Shown here: positions 18,873-29,643 of the stretch, piece after piece
How positions within the stretch are numbered: the first letter of the stretch is position 1
How the letters are laid out: each line of letters begins with the position of its first letter
Origin: Gammaproteobacteria bacterium
GTDB taxonomy: Bacteria > Pseudomonadota > Gammaproteobacteria > UBA4575
Direction: 5' to 3'
Assembly: GCA_041576975.1 (NCBI GenBank)
Contig: JBFGJY010000002.1
Location: 32,187 to 96,186, forward strand
DNA: 64,000 nucleotides
The notes under the pieces: generated by a model
Database searches by the model: none
What the model was told of the DNA's origin: nothing
The model's input: only the letters and a program-made list of their open reading frames with translations
Position numbers and translations under genes: made by a program

Positions 18873-20273
18873 ATGGAAGATAAAAGCTCAAAACTATGGG
18901 GTGGTCGGTTTACAGAAGCCACAGATGAATTTGTCGAACAATTTAACGCATCTGTAGGATTTGATAAACGACTTTATAAGCAAGATATCCTTGGTTCTAA
19001 AGTGCATGCTCAAATGCTTGCACGTATTGGCGTCCTCAATAGTAAGGATAGTGACAAATTACTAAAGGCTCTAGATTCAATTGAGGCAGAAATTGAAGCA
19101 GGTTCTTTCCGTTGGGATACCGGTTTAGAAGATGTGCATATGAATATTGAGGCGCGCCTTATCGAGTTGGTGGGCGATGCCGGTAAACGTATTCATACTG
19201 GACGTTCGCGCAATGATCAAGTGTCTACAGATGTGCGTCTGTATCTGCGCGATGCCATCGATGAAATAGATCAGCAACTAGAGAAATTACAGGCAGCAAT
19301 TTTATCGGTTGCTGAACAAGAAACCGATACCATCATGCCAGGTTTTACGCACTTGCAAGTCGCACAAGTCATCACCTTTGGACACCATATGTTGGCATGG
19401 TTTGAAATGATTCATCGCGACCGTGTGCGTTTACAACAATGTAGAGTGAGTGTAAATTTTTTACCTCTTGGTGCCGCTGCGCTCGCCGGTAGCAGTTTTG
19501 CATTAGATCGTGATTATGTCGCTAAGCAACTACAATTTACTGCACCCTGTCACAATAGCTTAGATGCAGTAAGTGATAGAGATTTTGCCATCGAATTTTG
19601 CGCTTTTGGGGCGATTTTATTTGCACATCTATCACGTATAGCAGAAGAAATCGTGCTGTGGACTTCTGCACAATTTAATTTTATCGAATTGCCGGATCGC
19701 TTCTGCACCGGTTCGTCCATCATGCCGCAAAAAAAGAATCCCGATGTGCCTGAACTGGTTCGTGGTAAGAGTGCACGGGTATATGCAAATTTATTTGCCT
19801 TGTTAACATTGATGAAAAGTCAGCCATTAGCCTACAACAAAGATAATCAAGAAGATAAAGAACCGTTATTTGATACCGTTGATACCGTGCACGACTGTGT
19901 TGTGGTATTTGCCAATATGCTGCCGCATATAAAAGTTAATCGTGAACGCTTGCTAGGGGCTGCTCAGCAAGGATATGCGACTGCAACCGATTTGGCCGAT
20001 TATTTAGTACAGAAGAAAGTACCGTTTCGAGATGCACATGAGGTGGTCGGCAAGACAGTGAAATATGCGATCGCCCAAAATAAGCAACTTGATGAGCTTA
20101 ATTTACATGAGCTGCGAAAATTTAGCCCATCCATCGGGGAAGATGTATTTGATATTCTTTCCTTAAAGGGTTCTGTATCCTCAAAGAATACCTATGGTGG
20201 TACGTCACCTGCACAAGTTACTATACAGCTTAAACTCGCACATCGCCGCTTGAAAGATTTCAAATCTAAATAA
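18873..20273 (+). CDS. argH: Argininosuccinate lyase
   Basis: 466 aa with the fumarate-lyase signature [12 protein letters not shown]. Confidence 0.92.
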   Translation: MEDKSSKLWGGRFTEATDEFVEQFNASVGFDKRLYKQDILGSKVHAQMLARIGVLNSKDSDKLLKALDSIEAEIEAGSFRWDTGLEDVHMNIEARLIELVGDAGKRIHTGRSRNDQVSTDVRLYLRDAIDEIDQQLEKLQAAILSVAEQETDTIMPGFTHLQVAQVITFGHHMLAWFEMIHRDRVRLQQCRVSVNFLPLGAAALAGSSFALDRDYVAKQLQFTAPCHNSLDAVSDRDFAIEFCAFGAILFAHLSRIAEEIVLWTSAQFNFIELPDRFCTGSSIMPQKKNPDVPELVRGKSARVYANLFALLTLMKSQPLAYNKDNQEDKEPLFDTVDTVHDCVVVFANMLPHIKVNRERLLGAAQQGYATATDLADYLVQKKVPFRDAHEVVGKTVKYAIAQNKQLDELNLHELRKFSPSIGEDVFDILSLKGSVSSKNTYGGTSPAQVTIQLKLAHRRLKDFKSK

Positions 20274-20290
20274 CTAAGCTGAAAATGTTA

Positions 20291-20950
20291 TTACCAACAT
20301 TGGAGCAACCAGTTTCGAATGTCGGCGATTTCTTCTGAACAAACGGTGTGTGCACAAGGATATTCTTTCCAGTAAATGTTAAAGCCCTGTTGTTCAAGGA
20401 GTTCACGCGCAAGCTTCCCAAAAGCAAGCGGCACAATCTCATCATATGCACCATGTGCTAAATATATTGGCAAAGATTGATCGGCGTGCGCGGAATATTC
20501 ATGTAACTCTTGCCGTAATGGTAGGTAACAAGACATTGCTAGCAGTCCAGCAAGTCGACGAGAATAGCGTAAACCGGCGTAAAGCGTTAATGCGCCACCT
20601 TGTGAAAATCCCGCTAATACTATCCGTTGTGGTGCAATGCCTAGATTCACTTGTTGATCGATGAGTGCATTGATTTCTGATTTGATGCGCTTAATACCTT
20701 CGCAATCTTCTTTGCTATGCATATCAAGACCATAAATGTTATACCAGGCAGGCATGCGCATATCGTTATTGAGACTAACTGCTTGTACGGGCGCATGTGG
20801 AAATATAAAACGCGCTCGGATCGAGTTGGGTAGATTTAACTGTTCAACCATAGGCTCAAAGTCATGGCCATTTGCGCCAAGGCCATGTAACCAGATGATG
20901 GCGCAGTCAGGATCGCCCTGAGTGTCAATTTGGATTGTAGCTAGTGCCAA
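20291..20950 (-). CDS. Carboxylesterase/phospholipase family alpha/beta-hydrolase
   Basis: 219 aa. GFSQGG nucleophile elbow and an Asp/His catalytic-triad pattern. Convergent with argH. Confidence 0.8.
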   Translation of the reverse strand: MALATIQIDTQGDPDCAIIWLHGLGANGHDFEPMVEQLNLPNSIRARFIFPHAPVQAVSLNNDMRMPAWYNIYGLDMHSKEDCEGIKRIKSEINALIDQQVNLGIAPQRIVLAGFSQGGALTLYAGLRYSRRLAGLLAMSCYLPLRQELHEYSAHADQSLPIYLAHGAYDEIVPLAFGKLARELLEQQGFNIYWKEYPCAHTVCSEEIADIRNWLLQCW

Positions 20951-21019
20951 GGCTATGGTGGTTTCTTGTTAATTAAAGGGTCTATACAATGGCGCCGAAT
21001 AGAATCAAAGAGTACAACG

Positions 21020-21157
21020 ATGACGCAACTCAGACTATATTTTCTTGCTTTTATGATTTCTCTTATGGCTACGGTTCTAGGCTGCGGCCAGACTGGTGAT
21101 TTATATCTACCGGAAGATGATCCAAAACGAAAGTCTAAAGATCAATCCACTAGTTGA
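21020..21157 (+). CDS. lptM: LptM (YifL)-like small lipoprotein
   Basis: Signal peptide plus lipobox VLGCG, followed by the GDLYLP motif. Conserved position upstream of lysA/dapF. The ORF-track start at 20966 is probably too far upstream. Confidence 0.6.
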   Translation: MTQLRLYFLAFMISLMATVLGCGQTGDLYLPEDDPKRKSKDQSTS

Positions 21158-21223
21158 GCAAACTAATAATTTGTAAAAGTTAAGCACTTTGGCCTTATTT
21201 ATAGGCTCAATACTTTATCTACT

Positions 21224-22474
21224 ATGAATCCTTTCCAATACCGTGACAACAACCTGCTTCATGCAGAAGATGTAAATTTGCTAGAGCTAGCAAATGCCTA
21301 TGGCACGCCTTGCTATGTCTATTCCAAGTCGGCTATTCAAAATAATTACCAAGCCTTTGCCAATTCACTCCAAAATTGGCGAACGCGTATATGTTATGCG
21401 GTAAAAGCCAATTCAAATCTGGCTATATTAAACTTATTAGTCAAACTAGGCGCAGGCTTCGATATCGTCTCAATCGGTGAGCTTGAACGAGTTTTACATG
21501 CAGGAGGAGATGTTAACAAAGTAGTATTTTCTGGTGTAGCAAAGCGTACCGATGAAATACGTCGTGCGCTTGTTAAGGGGATACATTGTTTTAATATTGA
21601 GTCGACTGCAGAGCTAAAGCGTCTAGACGCCATTACGCGTGAAATGGATTTACATGCCAATGTGTCACTGCGTGTAAACCCTGATGTAGATTCTAGTACG
21701 CACCCATATATCTCTACGGGCTTAAAAGAAAATAAGTTTGGTGTTGATATCGAACAGTCTTTAGATATTTATCAGAAGATTGCAAAGTGTAGTCATCTAC
21801 ATGCTATTGGAGTAGATTGCCATATCGGTTCACAGCTTTTGGAATTGGCGCCATTTCAAACGTGCTTTGAGAAAATATTTGAATTAATAGATCGATTATG
21901 TGAATCCGGAATTCAACTTCGGCATGTCGATGTAGGGGGAGGTTTAGGCATCCCCTATGAAGAAAACGATAAAGCTCCAAGCCCTGCTGAATATGCGCAG
22001 GTATTAGCACCCTTTATGCAAGACAGAGAACTTGAATTGTTAATTGAGCCAGGTCGCGCAATCATAGGTAAAGCCGGAATTTTACTTACTCGTGTTGAAC
22101 ATATTAAACATACCCCTAAAAAAAACTTCGCATTAGTAGATGCCGCGATGAATGATTTCATTCGTCCATCTTTGTATTCAGCATGGCATGAAATATCTGC
22201 TGTACAAGCCAATAATATAGATGAGGCAATTTATGATGTAGTTGGTCCAGTGTGCGAGACCGGGGATTTTTTAGGTAAGGATCGACGCTTACGAATCCAA
22301 GAGGGCTGTGTATTGGCTATACACGCGGTTGGAGCTTACGGTTTTGTGATGGCCAGTAACTATAACTCACGTGTTCGAGCCGCAGAAGTGTTGGTTGATG
22401 GTGATCAGGCTTGGTTAATACGTCGACGCGAGACTATTGATCAATTGTTTGCCAATGAAATCATTCCAAGTTAA
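21224..22474 (+). CDS. lysA: Diaminopimelate decarboxylase
   Basis: 416 aa. PLP-lysine motif YAVKAN and an Orn/DAP/Arg decarboxylase fold. Confidence 0.92.
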   Translation: MNPFQYRDNNLLHAEDVNLLELANAYGTPCYVYSKSAIQNNYQAFANSLQNWRTRICYAVKANSNLAILNLLVKLGAGFDIVSIGELERVLHAGGDVNKVVFSGVAKRTDEIRRALVKGIHCFNIESTAELKRLDAITREMDLHANVSLRVNPDVDSSTHPYISTGLKENKFGVDIEQSLDIYQKIAKCSHLHAIGVDCHIGSQLLELAPFQTCFEKIFELIDRLCESGIQLRHVDVGGGLGIPYEENDKAPSPAEYAQVLAPFMQDRELELLIEPGRAIIGKAGILLTRVEHIKHTPKKNFALVDAAMNDFIRPSLYSAWHEISAVQANNIDEAIYDVVGPVCETGDFLGKDRRLRIQEGCVLAIHAVGAYGFVMASNYNSRVRAAEVLVDGDQAWLIRRRETIDQLFANEIIPS

Positions 22475-23139
22475 TGCAACGCTTGCTTGAATCAGAGTTA
22501 ATGGATGATGCTACACAGGCAGTTGCCTATGCGAATGCTGATTTTGAGGCTGCGCATAGCTCGATAGTAGGGCACTTTCGACGCGTATTCCCACATATTG
22601 AATCTCTGCATACTGTATTGGATCTTGGTTGTGGATCAGCTGATATCGCTATCCGATTCGCACGCTTGTATCCAGATTGCAAAATAGATGCTGTCGATGG
22701 TGCACAAGCGATGTTAAAGCAAGCGCAGCTTGTTATTGACCGTGAGTCCTTGGAGGATAGAATCGCTGTTCATCTATACCGCTTACCAAACTGTAAGTTA
22801 CCGAGTAAAAGTTACGATGCTATTGTGTCAAATAGCCTCTTACACCATCTACACGAGCCTCAGCATTTATGGTCAAGTCTACGTAAATTTGCCACAGCTA
22901 AAACCGCTATCTTTATTTGTGACCTACTTCGACCTGATTCATTGCTATCTGCAAGCCACCTCGTCGAACAGTACGCAAGTGGTGAGCCCGATATTTTACG
23001 CCGTGATTTTTATAACTCACTATTAGCTGCATTTACCCTCGATGAGGTGCATGACCAATTAAGTGCTGCAAATTTACATGGTTTACATGTGGAACAAATA
23101 AGTGATCGACATCTGCTTATTTATGGTCATCTGCAATGA
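22474..23139 (+). CDS. Class I SAM-dependent methyltransferase
   Basis: 221 aa with LDLGCGSADIA (SAM motif I). Inserted between lysA and dapF. Confidence 0.7.
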   Translation: MQRLLESELMDDATQAVAYANADFEAAHSSIVGHFRRVFPHIESLHTVLDLGCGSADIAIRFARLYPDCKIDAVDGAQAMLKQAQLVIDRESLEDRIAVHLYRLPNCKLPSKSYDAIVSNSLLHHLHEPQHLWSSLRKFATAKTAIFICDLLRPDSLLSASHLVEQYASGEPDILRRDFYNSLLAAFTLDEVHDQLSAANLHGLHVEQISDRHLLIYGHLQ

Positions 23140-23570
23140 ATACAAATCTAAACAATACATACGGTTTACCAAGTGACTCAGAGATTATTGATTTATTTAA
23201 GAGTATTCATAGTATTGCAGTGATAGGTTTATCCCCAAAGCCGAATAGACCAAGTCATCGAGTAGCCAAGAATATGCAAGAGTTTGGTTTCGATATTATT
23301 CCTGTGCGCCCCGCGGTAACAGAAATATTAGGGGAGAAGGCCTATAGTTCATTGCAAGAAATCCCATTTCTAGTTGATTTGGTTAATATATTTCGCGCAC
23401 CAAAGTATGTAGCAGATATTACTGATCAATGTATAGACAAAAAAATTAAAGCAATGTGGTTGCAAGAAGGTGTTGTAGATGTAGGAAGTGCAAGCAAAGC
23501 CTACAATGCAAATGTTTTCACGGTAATGGATAAGTGTGTTTACAAAGAGTATATGCGTTTAATGAAGTAG
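23136..23570 (+). CDS. CoA-binding domain protein (YccU/YneT-like)
   Basis: 144 aa with IAVIGLSPKPNRPSH, a CoA_binding_2 signature. Confidence 0.7.
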   Translation: MNTNLNNTYGLPSDSEIIDLFKSIHSIAVIGLSPKPNRPSHRVAKNMQEFGFDIIPVRPAVTEILGEKAYSSLQEIPFLVDLVNIFRAPKYVADITDQCIDKKIKAMWLQEGVVDVGSASKAYNANVFTVMDKCVYKEYMRLMK

Positions 23571-23650
23571 CATTTGCAGTGCTCTAATGAATATTCCTAA
23601 TCTAAAGGATTAATTTACACTTTGTAACTTTTCACAAGCTTATAATTGTT

Positions 23651-24481
23651 ATGCAATTACAATTTGCAAAAATGCACGGATTAGGTAATGATTTCGTTAT
23701 CTTTGATGCTGTTCATCAAGATGTGCAACTTTCTAAAGATCAGTTATGTTGGATTGCAGATCGAAGATTAGGTGTAGGATGTGATCAAATTTTAGTCGTT
23801 AGACCCGCAAACGATGTCGATGTCGACTTTAATTATCAGATCTTCAACAGCAATGGAGAGGAAGTTGAGCATTGTGGAAATGGTGCGCGTTGCATTGGTA
23901 AATTTCTATTGCTCAATGGATTAATAAGTAAGAGTTCAATCAATATTAAAACAATTAGTGGTGTATATAGTATCTATCTTCGTGATAACGGTCTTGTTAC
24001 TGTTGATATGGGTGCGCCTATATTTGAACCAAAAGAAATCCCGTTTACAGCTGCAACAACTTCACCAAGCTATACGCTTGATGTCGAAGGACAGCAGGTT
24101 GAAATAGGCGCAGTTTCTATGGGTAACCCACATGCAGTAATTCGAGTTGATGATATTAACAATGCACCCGTCACCACCTTAGGCCCCAAAATAGAAACAC
24201 ACTCAATGTTTCCTAATAAAACCAATGTTGGTTTTATGCAGATACTGGATTCGCAGCATATTTCTTTGCGCGTTTTCGAGCGGGATGTGGGCGAAACTAG
24301 CGCATGTGGTACTGGAGCATGTGCCGCTGTTGCAGTTGGACAGGCTCAGAACCTACTCGATGCTGAGGTAACCGTAAAGTTACCTGGCGGCAGCTTGCAA
24401 ATTGAGTGTAAACACTCAAGTGGATCAGTATTTATGACTGGTCCTGCGCAATTAAGTTTTGAGGGGAGCCTAACTCTATGA
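23651..24481 (+). CDS. dapF: Diaminopimelate epimerase
   Basis: 276 aa. Catalytic cysteines in NSNGEEVEHCGNGARC and SACGTGACA. Confidence 0.92.
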   Translation: MQLQFAKMHGLGNDFVIFDAVHQDVQLSKDQLCWIADRRLGVGCDQILVVRPANDVDVDFNYQIFNSNGEEVEHCGNGARCIGKFLLLNGLISKSSINIKTISGVYSIYLRDNGLVTVDMGAPIFEPKEIPFTAATTSPSYTLDVEGQQVEIGAVSMGNPHAVIRVDDINNAPVTTLGPKIETHSMFPNKTNVGFMQILDSQHISLRVFERDVGETSACGTGACAAVAVGQAQNLLDAEVTVKLPGGSLQIECKHSSGSVFMTGPAQLSFEGSLTL

Positions 24482-25209
24482 CCACACAGACGAAACCAGA
24501 TATAGCTGCACGTGATGACTTAACAGAATCTAAATCTAAGCTCAGTCGCGAAAATGTGGCCCGCTATTTACGCACACATAGTGACTTCTTTATGCATCAT
24601 TCTGAGCTAATTGAAACACTTGCTATTCCACACGAGACAGGTGAGGCCGTTTCCTTGGTTGAGCGTCAGGTGGAGTTACTTCGTAATAAAAATAAAGAAT
24701 TAGATCGTAAGCTGCACCAACTCATCACTGTAGCTAAAGATAATGAGCGAGTAAATCGTCGGTTACACACATTGGCATTAGCTATTGTCTCAGTTAAAGG
24801 ATTTGATGAAACATTAAATAGTATCCAGGAGTTACTGCATACCGATTTTCCAGGTACTAAAGTTCATATTCGCTTGTTTGATGTGTTACCTAGTACAAAT
24901 GCTCAAGAGTGTGTGCGTATCGAAACCTCTTTATTGAAAACCAAGTTAGTACAAGACCTGTTTTCGAGTCGTCGTCGAGGAGTGGCATTTTTAACTAAAC
25001 GCCAAATTGAAAATGTATTTATGCTGGAAGAAGGTAGGAAGCCAATACGATCTGCTGCGGCAGTAGCTCTAAAGAAACATCAACATCTCGGTGTGTTGTT
25101 ATTAGGTAGCACAGATGCAAATCGTTTTCAAAGTGGTATGGGTACATTATTCTTAGGAAACTTAGGCGAAATCATCGGCGCAAAGCTACAACAATTTACC
25201 ACTGCTTAG
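24478..25209 (+). CDS. DUF484 (YigA) family protein
   Basis: 243 aa. Overlaps the dapF stop by 4 nt and precedes xerC, as in the enterobacterial and Pseudomonas dapF-yigA-xerC arrangement. Confidence 0.75.
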   Translation: MTTQTKPDIAARDDLTESKSKLSRENVARYLRTHSDFFMHHSELIETLAIPHETGEAVSLVERQVELLRNKNKELDRKLHQLITVAKDNERVNRRLHTLALAIVSVKGFDETLNSIQELLHTDFPGTKVHIRLFDVLPSTNAQECVRIETSLLKTKLVQDLFSSRRRGVAFLTKRQIENVFMLEEGRKPIRSAAAVALKKHQHLGVLLLGSTDANRFQSGMGTLFLGNLGEIIGAKLQQFTTA

Positions 25210-25405
25210 TCCTATTTACGATCGTTGGTACACGTTGCAGCATTTCGTTACAACCAAAACCAAATAATAGTTCTTGGAATCAATCTATAGCAATTTATAA
25301 CCAGTTAGCCAGAATTACACTAGTATCATCATAATTACATATGTATACATTTCCATCTATAAGGAATTAATGTTAACGTAGTTATTATTCAATTCTCATA
25401 TAAGT

Positions 25406-26359
25406 GTGGTTATGGCAATCGTAATTAGCCCAACAAGCACTCAAGAACTCATCCACCGGTATTTACGCTATCTCCATGACGAGCGCAGATATTCCGCTGC
25501 GACTATAGAAAACTATCAGCGCGATATTCTTCAATTCATAGAGTTTATAAATGCTATTAATGTAACAGATTGTTGTGAAGTAGATAGTTTGCATGTACGA
25601 AACTTTGCTGGTTCGCGTCGACGCCGAGGCATTTCGGCGCGCAGTTTGCATCGCTCACTTAGTGCCATTAGAGGCTTTTATAATTTTTTGCAGCGCGAAC
25701 AGCTTATTGAAAATAATCCGGTTGCAGATGTGAGTGCGCCACGCATGGAGAAAAAACTACCTGATCTATTAGATGTAGACGAAATCAATCGCTTACTCAC
25801 CGAGGGTCCGCAAAATCCTCTTAGGCTACGAGACCATGCCATGATGGAGTTAATGTACTCATCAGGTTTACGACTGGCTGAATTAGTCAATCTAAATATC
25901 GGTGCTATTGACCTATCTCAAGGTCAAGTCCATGTGTTGGGGAAAGGTAATAAATCTCGGTACTTACCCATAGGCGCAGCAGCATGCAAAGTGCTTAGAC
26001 GTTGGTTAGATGCACGACCCAATATCGCTGCAGAAAATGAACTGGCCGTGTTTGTAAATAATCGTGGTAAGCGATTATCACCACGTGCCGTACAACAACG
26101 TTTGGCACAATTGGGTAGAGAACAAGGTCTGGATAAACATGTACATCCACACATGTTACGGCATTCATTTGCAAGTCACTTGCTAGAGTCCAGTGGCGAT
26201 CTTCGTGCTGTGCAAGAATTGTTGGGACATGCCGATATAAGCACTACGCAAATCTATACTCATTTAGACTTTCAGCATCTTGCACAAGTTTATGACCGCA
26301 CTCACCCGCGCGCCAAAAAGACACATCAAACTGAAGAATCAACGTCTCAAGATAAATAA
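25406..26359 (+). CDS. xerC: Tyrosine recombinase XerC
   Basis: 317 aa. Catalytic R..HxxR..Y residues (HMLRHSFASHLL, TQIYTHL). Housekeeping synteny with dapF, so not a phage integrase. Confidence 0.85.
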   Translation: MVMAIVISPTSTQELIHRYLRYLHDERRYSAATIENYQRDILQFIEFINAINVTDCCEVDSLHVRNFAGSRRRRGISARSLHRSLSAIRGFYNFLQREQLIENNPVADVSAPRMEKKLPDLLDVDEINRLLTEGPQNPLRLRDHAMMELMYSSGLRLAELVNLNIGAIDLSQGQVHVLGKGNKSRYLPIGAAACKVLRRWLDARPNIAAENELAVFVNNRGKRLSPRAVQQRLAQLGREQGLDKHVHPHMLRHSFASHLLESSGDLRAVQELLGHADISTTQIYTHLDFQHLAQVYDRTHPRAKKTHQTEESTSQDK

Positions 26360-26406
26360 GCCACACTTTTGATCTAGTATTTACTTTTAGTGATTTTTAA
26401 TCTGAC

Positions 26407-26436
26407 CTTGAAAAAGATCAGTCGTATCCTCATGTA
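26407..26436 (+). promoter_or_regulatory. Sigma-32 (RpoH) heat-shock promoter-like element upstream of hslVU
   Basis: CCTTGAAAA-N14-CCTCATGTA compared with the consensus CTTGAAA-N11-16-CCCCATnT. Positioned about 40 nt upstream of the hslV start. Confidence 0.45.
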
Positions 26437-26477
26437 CAATGTTCGCATTTAAATTTAACTAACTCACCACATAAAAC

Positions 26478-27011
26478 ATGGAACAATTCAAAGGTACTAC
26501 GATCATCTCTGTACGACGAGATGGCAAAGTGGCACTGGGTGGAGATGGCCAGGTTTCACTTGGCAACACCATCATGAAGGGCAATGCGTGTAAAATTCGT
26601 CGCCTTTATGAAAATAAAGTAATCGCAGGTTTTGCTGGTGGCACGGCAGATGCATTTACTTTATTTGAGCGATTTGAAGCTAAGCTTGAACAACATAATG
26701 GTCAACTTGCACGTGCTGCAGTAGAACTTGCCAAAGATTGGCGCACCGATCGCATGTTGCGCAGATTGGAAGCATTGCTGGCAGTAGCTAATGAATCGAC
26801 TTCGCTTATTATTTCAGGCAACGGCGACGTTATTGAACCCGAAGACGCCCTGGTTGCCATTGGCTCAGGCGGGCCTTACGCACAAGCTGCTGCAAGAGCC
26901 ATGTTGGAAAATACTGAATTAAGTGCCAAAGAGATTGTGGAAAAGGCTTTAATTATTGCAGCTAGCATCTGCATTTATACGAATACAAATATTGCAATCG
27001 AAGAATTATAG
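26478..27011 (+). CDS. hslV: ATP-dependent protease subunit HslV
   Basis: 177 aa with the [11 protein letters not shown] active-site region. Thr-Thr is preceded by the 6-aa extension MEQFKG. Confidence 0.9.
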   Translation: MEQFKGTTIISVRRDGKVALGGDGQVSLGNTIMKGNACKIRRLYENKVIAGFAGGTADAFTLFERFEAKLEQHNGQLARAAVELAKDWRTDRMLRRLEALLAVANESTSLIISGNGDVIEPEDALVAIGSGGPYAQAAARAMLENTELSAKEIVEKALIIAASICIYTNTNIAIEEL

Positions 27012-27056
27012 TTCTCATATTTACAAAGCTGTTAACAGAAAAAGTAAAAATACCTC

Positions 27057-28385
27057 ATGTCAAACATGACCCCACGAGAAATCGTTCAGGAGCTCGATAA
27101 GCATATCGTTGGACAAGATGAAGCCAAACGCGCAGTAGCCATTGCATTGCGTAACCGATGGCGTCGCCAACAATTACCAGAAGAGCTACGTATGGAAGTT
27201 ACCCCAAAAAATATTTTAATGATGGGCCCTACGGGCGTCGGTAAAACTGAAATTGCACGCCGTTTGGCACGCCTTGCAAATGCACCTTTTATTAAAGTTG
27301 AAGCGACTAAATTTACTGAGGTTGGCTATGTAGGAAAAGAAGTCGATTCCATCATTCGGGATCTTGTGGATACTTCAGTCAAAATGACGCGTGAAATTGA
27401 AATGGATAAAGTGCGTTTTCGCGCGGAAGAAGCTGCAGAAGAGCGCATATTGGATGTGCTAGTGCCACCTAGAGTTGATCCCAATGCGGATAGGACACCC
27501 GAATTTGCTAGTGAAACACGGCAGAAGTTTCGCAAAAAATTACGTGAGGGTAATTTAAACGATACTGAAATAGAGATTGACGTGGCTGCAACTCCAGTGG
27601 GGGTAGAAATTATGACACCTCCAGGCATGGAGGAAATGGCGAGTCAACTGCAAGGTATGTTTCAAAATTTAAGTACTGGTAGAAAGAAGACGCGCAAAAT
27701 GCGCATCGAAGATGCCATGAAGGCGCTAACTGATGAAGAGGCGCATAAATTAATTAATGAAGAAGAACTAAAAGCAACGGCGCTAGAAAATGTTGAACAA
27801 AATGGTATCGTGTTTCTAGATGAAATCGATAAAGTTGCCAAACGCGGTGAAACCAGCGGCGCAGATGTCTCGCGTGAAGGTGTACAACGTGATTTATTGC
27901 CTTTAGTAGAAGGCTGTACCATCAATACTAAATACGGCATGGTGAAATCAGACCATATTTTGTTTATTGCTTCCGGTGCATTTAATGTAGCCAAACCATC
28001 CGATCTCATCCCAGAATTGCAAGGTCGTTTGCCGATCCGGGTAGAACTTAAAGCGCTGACTACGGATGATTTCGTGCGAATTTTGACTGAGCCGGATGCC
28101 TCATTGACTGAGCAATACTCAGCCTTATTGGCAACTGAAGGAGTGACACTAAATTTTGCTGAAGATGGCGTACGTAAAGTCGCGCAAATTGCACATGATG
28201 TGAACGAGTCTACTGAAAACATTGGTGCGCGAAGATTGCATACCGTTATGGAGCGATTATTAGAAAAAATTTCGTTTTCAGCACCCGATGAAAGCGGAGA
28301 AAAAGTAATTGTGGATGCAGAGTATGTGGATGAGAATATTGGCGAGTTAGTTAAGGATGTAGATCTGAGTAGATACATACTATAG
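27057..28385 (+). CDS. hslU: ATP-dependent protease ATPase subunit HslU
   Basis: 442 aa. Walker [16 protein letters not shown] and an AAA+ ClpX-like architecture. Confidence 0.93.
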   Translation: MSNMTPREIVQELDKHIVGQDEAKRAVAIALRNRWRRQQLPEELRMEVTPKNILMMGPTGVGKTEIARRLARLANAPFIKVEATKFTEVGYVGKEVDSIIRDLVDTSVKMTREIEMDKVRFRAEEAAEERILDVLVPPRVDPNADRTPEFASETRQKFRKKLREGNLNDTEIEIDVAATPVGVEIMTPPGMEEMASQLQGMFQNLSTGRKKTRKMRIEDAMKALTDEEAHKLINEEELKATALENVEQNGIVFLDEIDKVAKRGETSGADVSREGVQRDLLPLVEGCTINTKYGMVKSDHILFIASGAFNVAKPSDLIPELQGRLPIRVELKALTTDDFVRILTEPDASLTEQYSALLATEGVTLNFAEDGVRKVAQIAHDVNESTENIGARRLHTVMERLLEKISFSAPDESGEKVIVDAEYVDENIGELVKDVDLSRYIL

Positions 28386-28410
28386 ATAAAAATATAAAGG
28401 CTTTAATATT

Positions 28411-28779
28411 TTGGCAAAACAAAATCCAACCGAAATTCAATTACATCAAAAATCGCGCATATTAGAGATCACGTTTGATGACGGCAAACAGTTTAAGTTT
28501 CCTTGTGAGTACCTGCGCGTGTATTCGCCCTCTGCAGAAGTTGCAGGTCATGGTCCGGGTCAAGAAGTGTTACAAATAGGCAAAGAAGATGTGTCAATTA
28601 ATGCCATTGAGTCAGTGGGGAATTATGCCGTACAACTAGTATTTGACGATAATCATGATACTGGTATCTATACTTGGGATTATTTGTACGAGTTAGGCGT
28701 AAACCATGAAGATAAGTGGCAAAAATACCTAGATCGCCTCAAAGAAGCCGGCTACGAACGTAAAGCTAGCAGCGAATAA
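28411..28779 (+). CDS. DUF971 (gamma-butyrobetaine hydroxylase-like N-terminal domain) protein
   Basis: 122 aa small conserved protein of the type commonly found downstream of hslU in gammaproteobacteria. Confidence 0.6.
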   Translation: MAKQNPTEIQLHQKSRILEITFDDGKQFKFPCEYLRVYSPSAEVAGHGPGQEVLQIGKEDVSINAIESVGNYAVQLVFDDNHDTGIYTWDYLYELGVNHEDKWQKYLDRLKEAGYERKASSE

Positions 28780-28885
28780 ACCGCATCATCTTGTATTAGA
28801 ATCACTTAGAATAGTCTCTCTAAGCCAGCGCATTGATGAGCGCTAACACTATAAATCACAGTCTAGAATAGCAAACACGCACGCC

Positions 28886-29635
28886 ATGGAAGAAAAACGT
28901 ACCCATTTCGGTTATCAAGACGTTACACCTGAAGAAAAAACTCAAAAAGTCGATGCGGTGTTTGATTCTGTGGCAGGTAAATACGATGTCATGAATGATG
29001 TCATGTCATTCGGTCTACATCGTGTATGGAAGCGTTATTTTGTCCACATAGCAAATATACGCCCAGATCACCAAATTCTAGATTTAGCTGCCGGCACGGG
29101 GGACATCACCGCACTGCTTGCTCCAAAATTGAGCGGAAAAGGTGCAATCATCATGTGTGACGCAAATATAGCTATGTTAGAACATGGGCGTCAGCGTTTA
29201 ATTGATCGCGGCTTGTTTAAAAATATCCACTATATTCAAGCTAAAGCCGAAGACTTGCCTTTTATGGAAAATTATTTTGATCGTGTGACACTAGCCTTTG
29301 GATTGCGTAATTTTACTAATAAAGACCAAGCGCTGCGTTCAATGTTTAGTTTAGTAAAACCAGGTGGACAATTATTAATTTTAGAATTTTCTCAACCGCA
29401 ACAATGGATGCGTGGAATATACGACATATACTCGTTTAAATTTTTACCTCGTATAGGGCAAATTATTGCCAAGGATGCCAAAAGTTATCAGTACTTGGCT
29501 GAGTCAATACGTAAGCATCCCGATCAAAAAACGCTACAGTCCATGTTAGAAGCAGCTGGTTTTGAGCAATGTGATTTTCTCAATCTTAATGGGGGGATCG
29601 TTTGTATACATCGTGGTTATAAGCTTACGGCATAA
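28886..29635 (+). CDS. ubiE: Ubiquinone/menaquinone C-methyltransferase UbiE
   Basis: 249 aa. SAM motif LDLAAGTGD and a conserved N-terminal THFGYQ. Confidence 0.9.
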   Translation: MEEKRTHFGYQDVTPEEKTQKVDAVFDSVAGKYDVMNDVMSFGLHRVWKRYFVHIANIRPDHQILDLAAGTGDITALLAPKLSGKGAIIMCDANIAMLEHGRQRLIDRGLFKNIHYIQAKAEDLPFMENYFDRVTLAFGLRNFTNKDQALRSMFSLVKPGGQLLILEFSQPQQWMRGIYDIYSFKFLPRIGQIIAKDAKSYQYLAESIRKHPDQKTLQSMLEAAGFEQCDFLNLNGGIVCIHRGYKLTA

Positions 29636-29643
29636 ATTATAAT

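Noticed and set aside
18769-18957. 62-aa ORF spanning the algZ-argH divergent promoter region
   Set aside because: It overlaps the argH start and shows no conservation signal. Probably non-coding promoter DNA.
25406-26359. Tyrosine recombinase as a marker of a prophage or integrative element
   Set aside because: It sits in the conserved dapF-yigA(DUF484)-xerC housekeeping arrangement, and no att-like repeats, tRNA or phage genes are nearby.
27326-28378. Long antisense ORFs inside hslU (27326-27628 and 27662-28378, minus strand)
   Set aside because: Ser/Thr-rich, low-complexity translations lying entirely antisense to a well-supported housekeeping gene. They are typical reading-frame artefacts.
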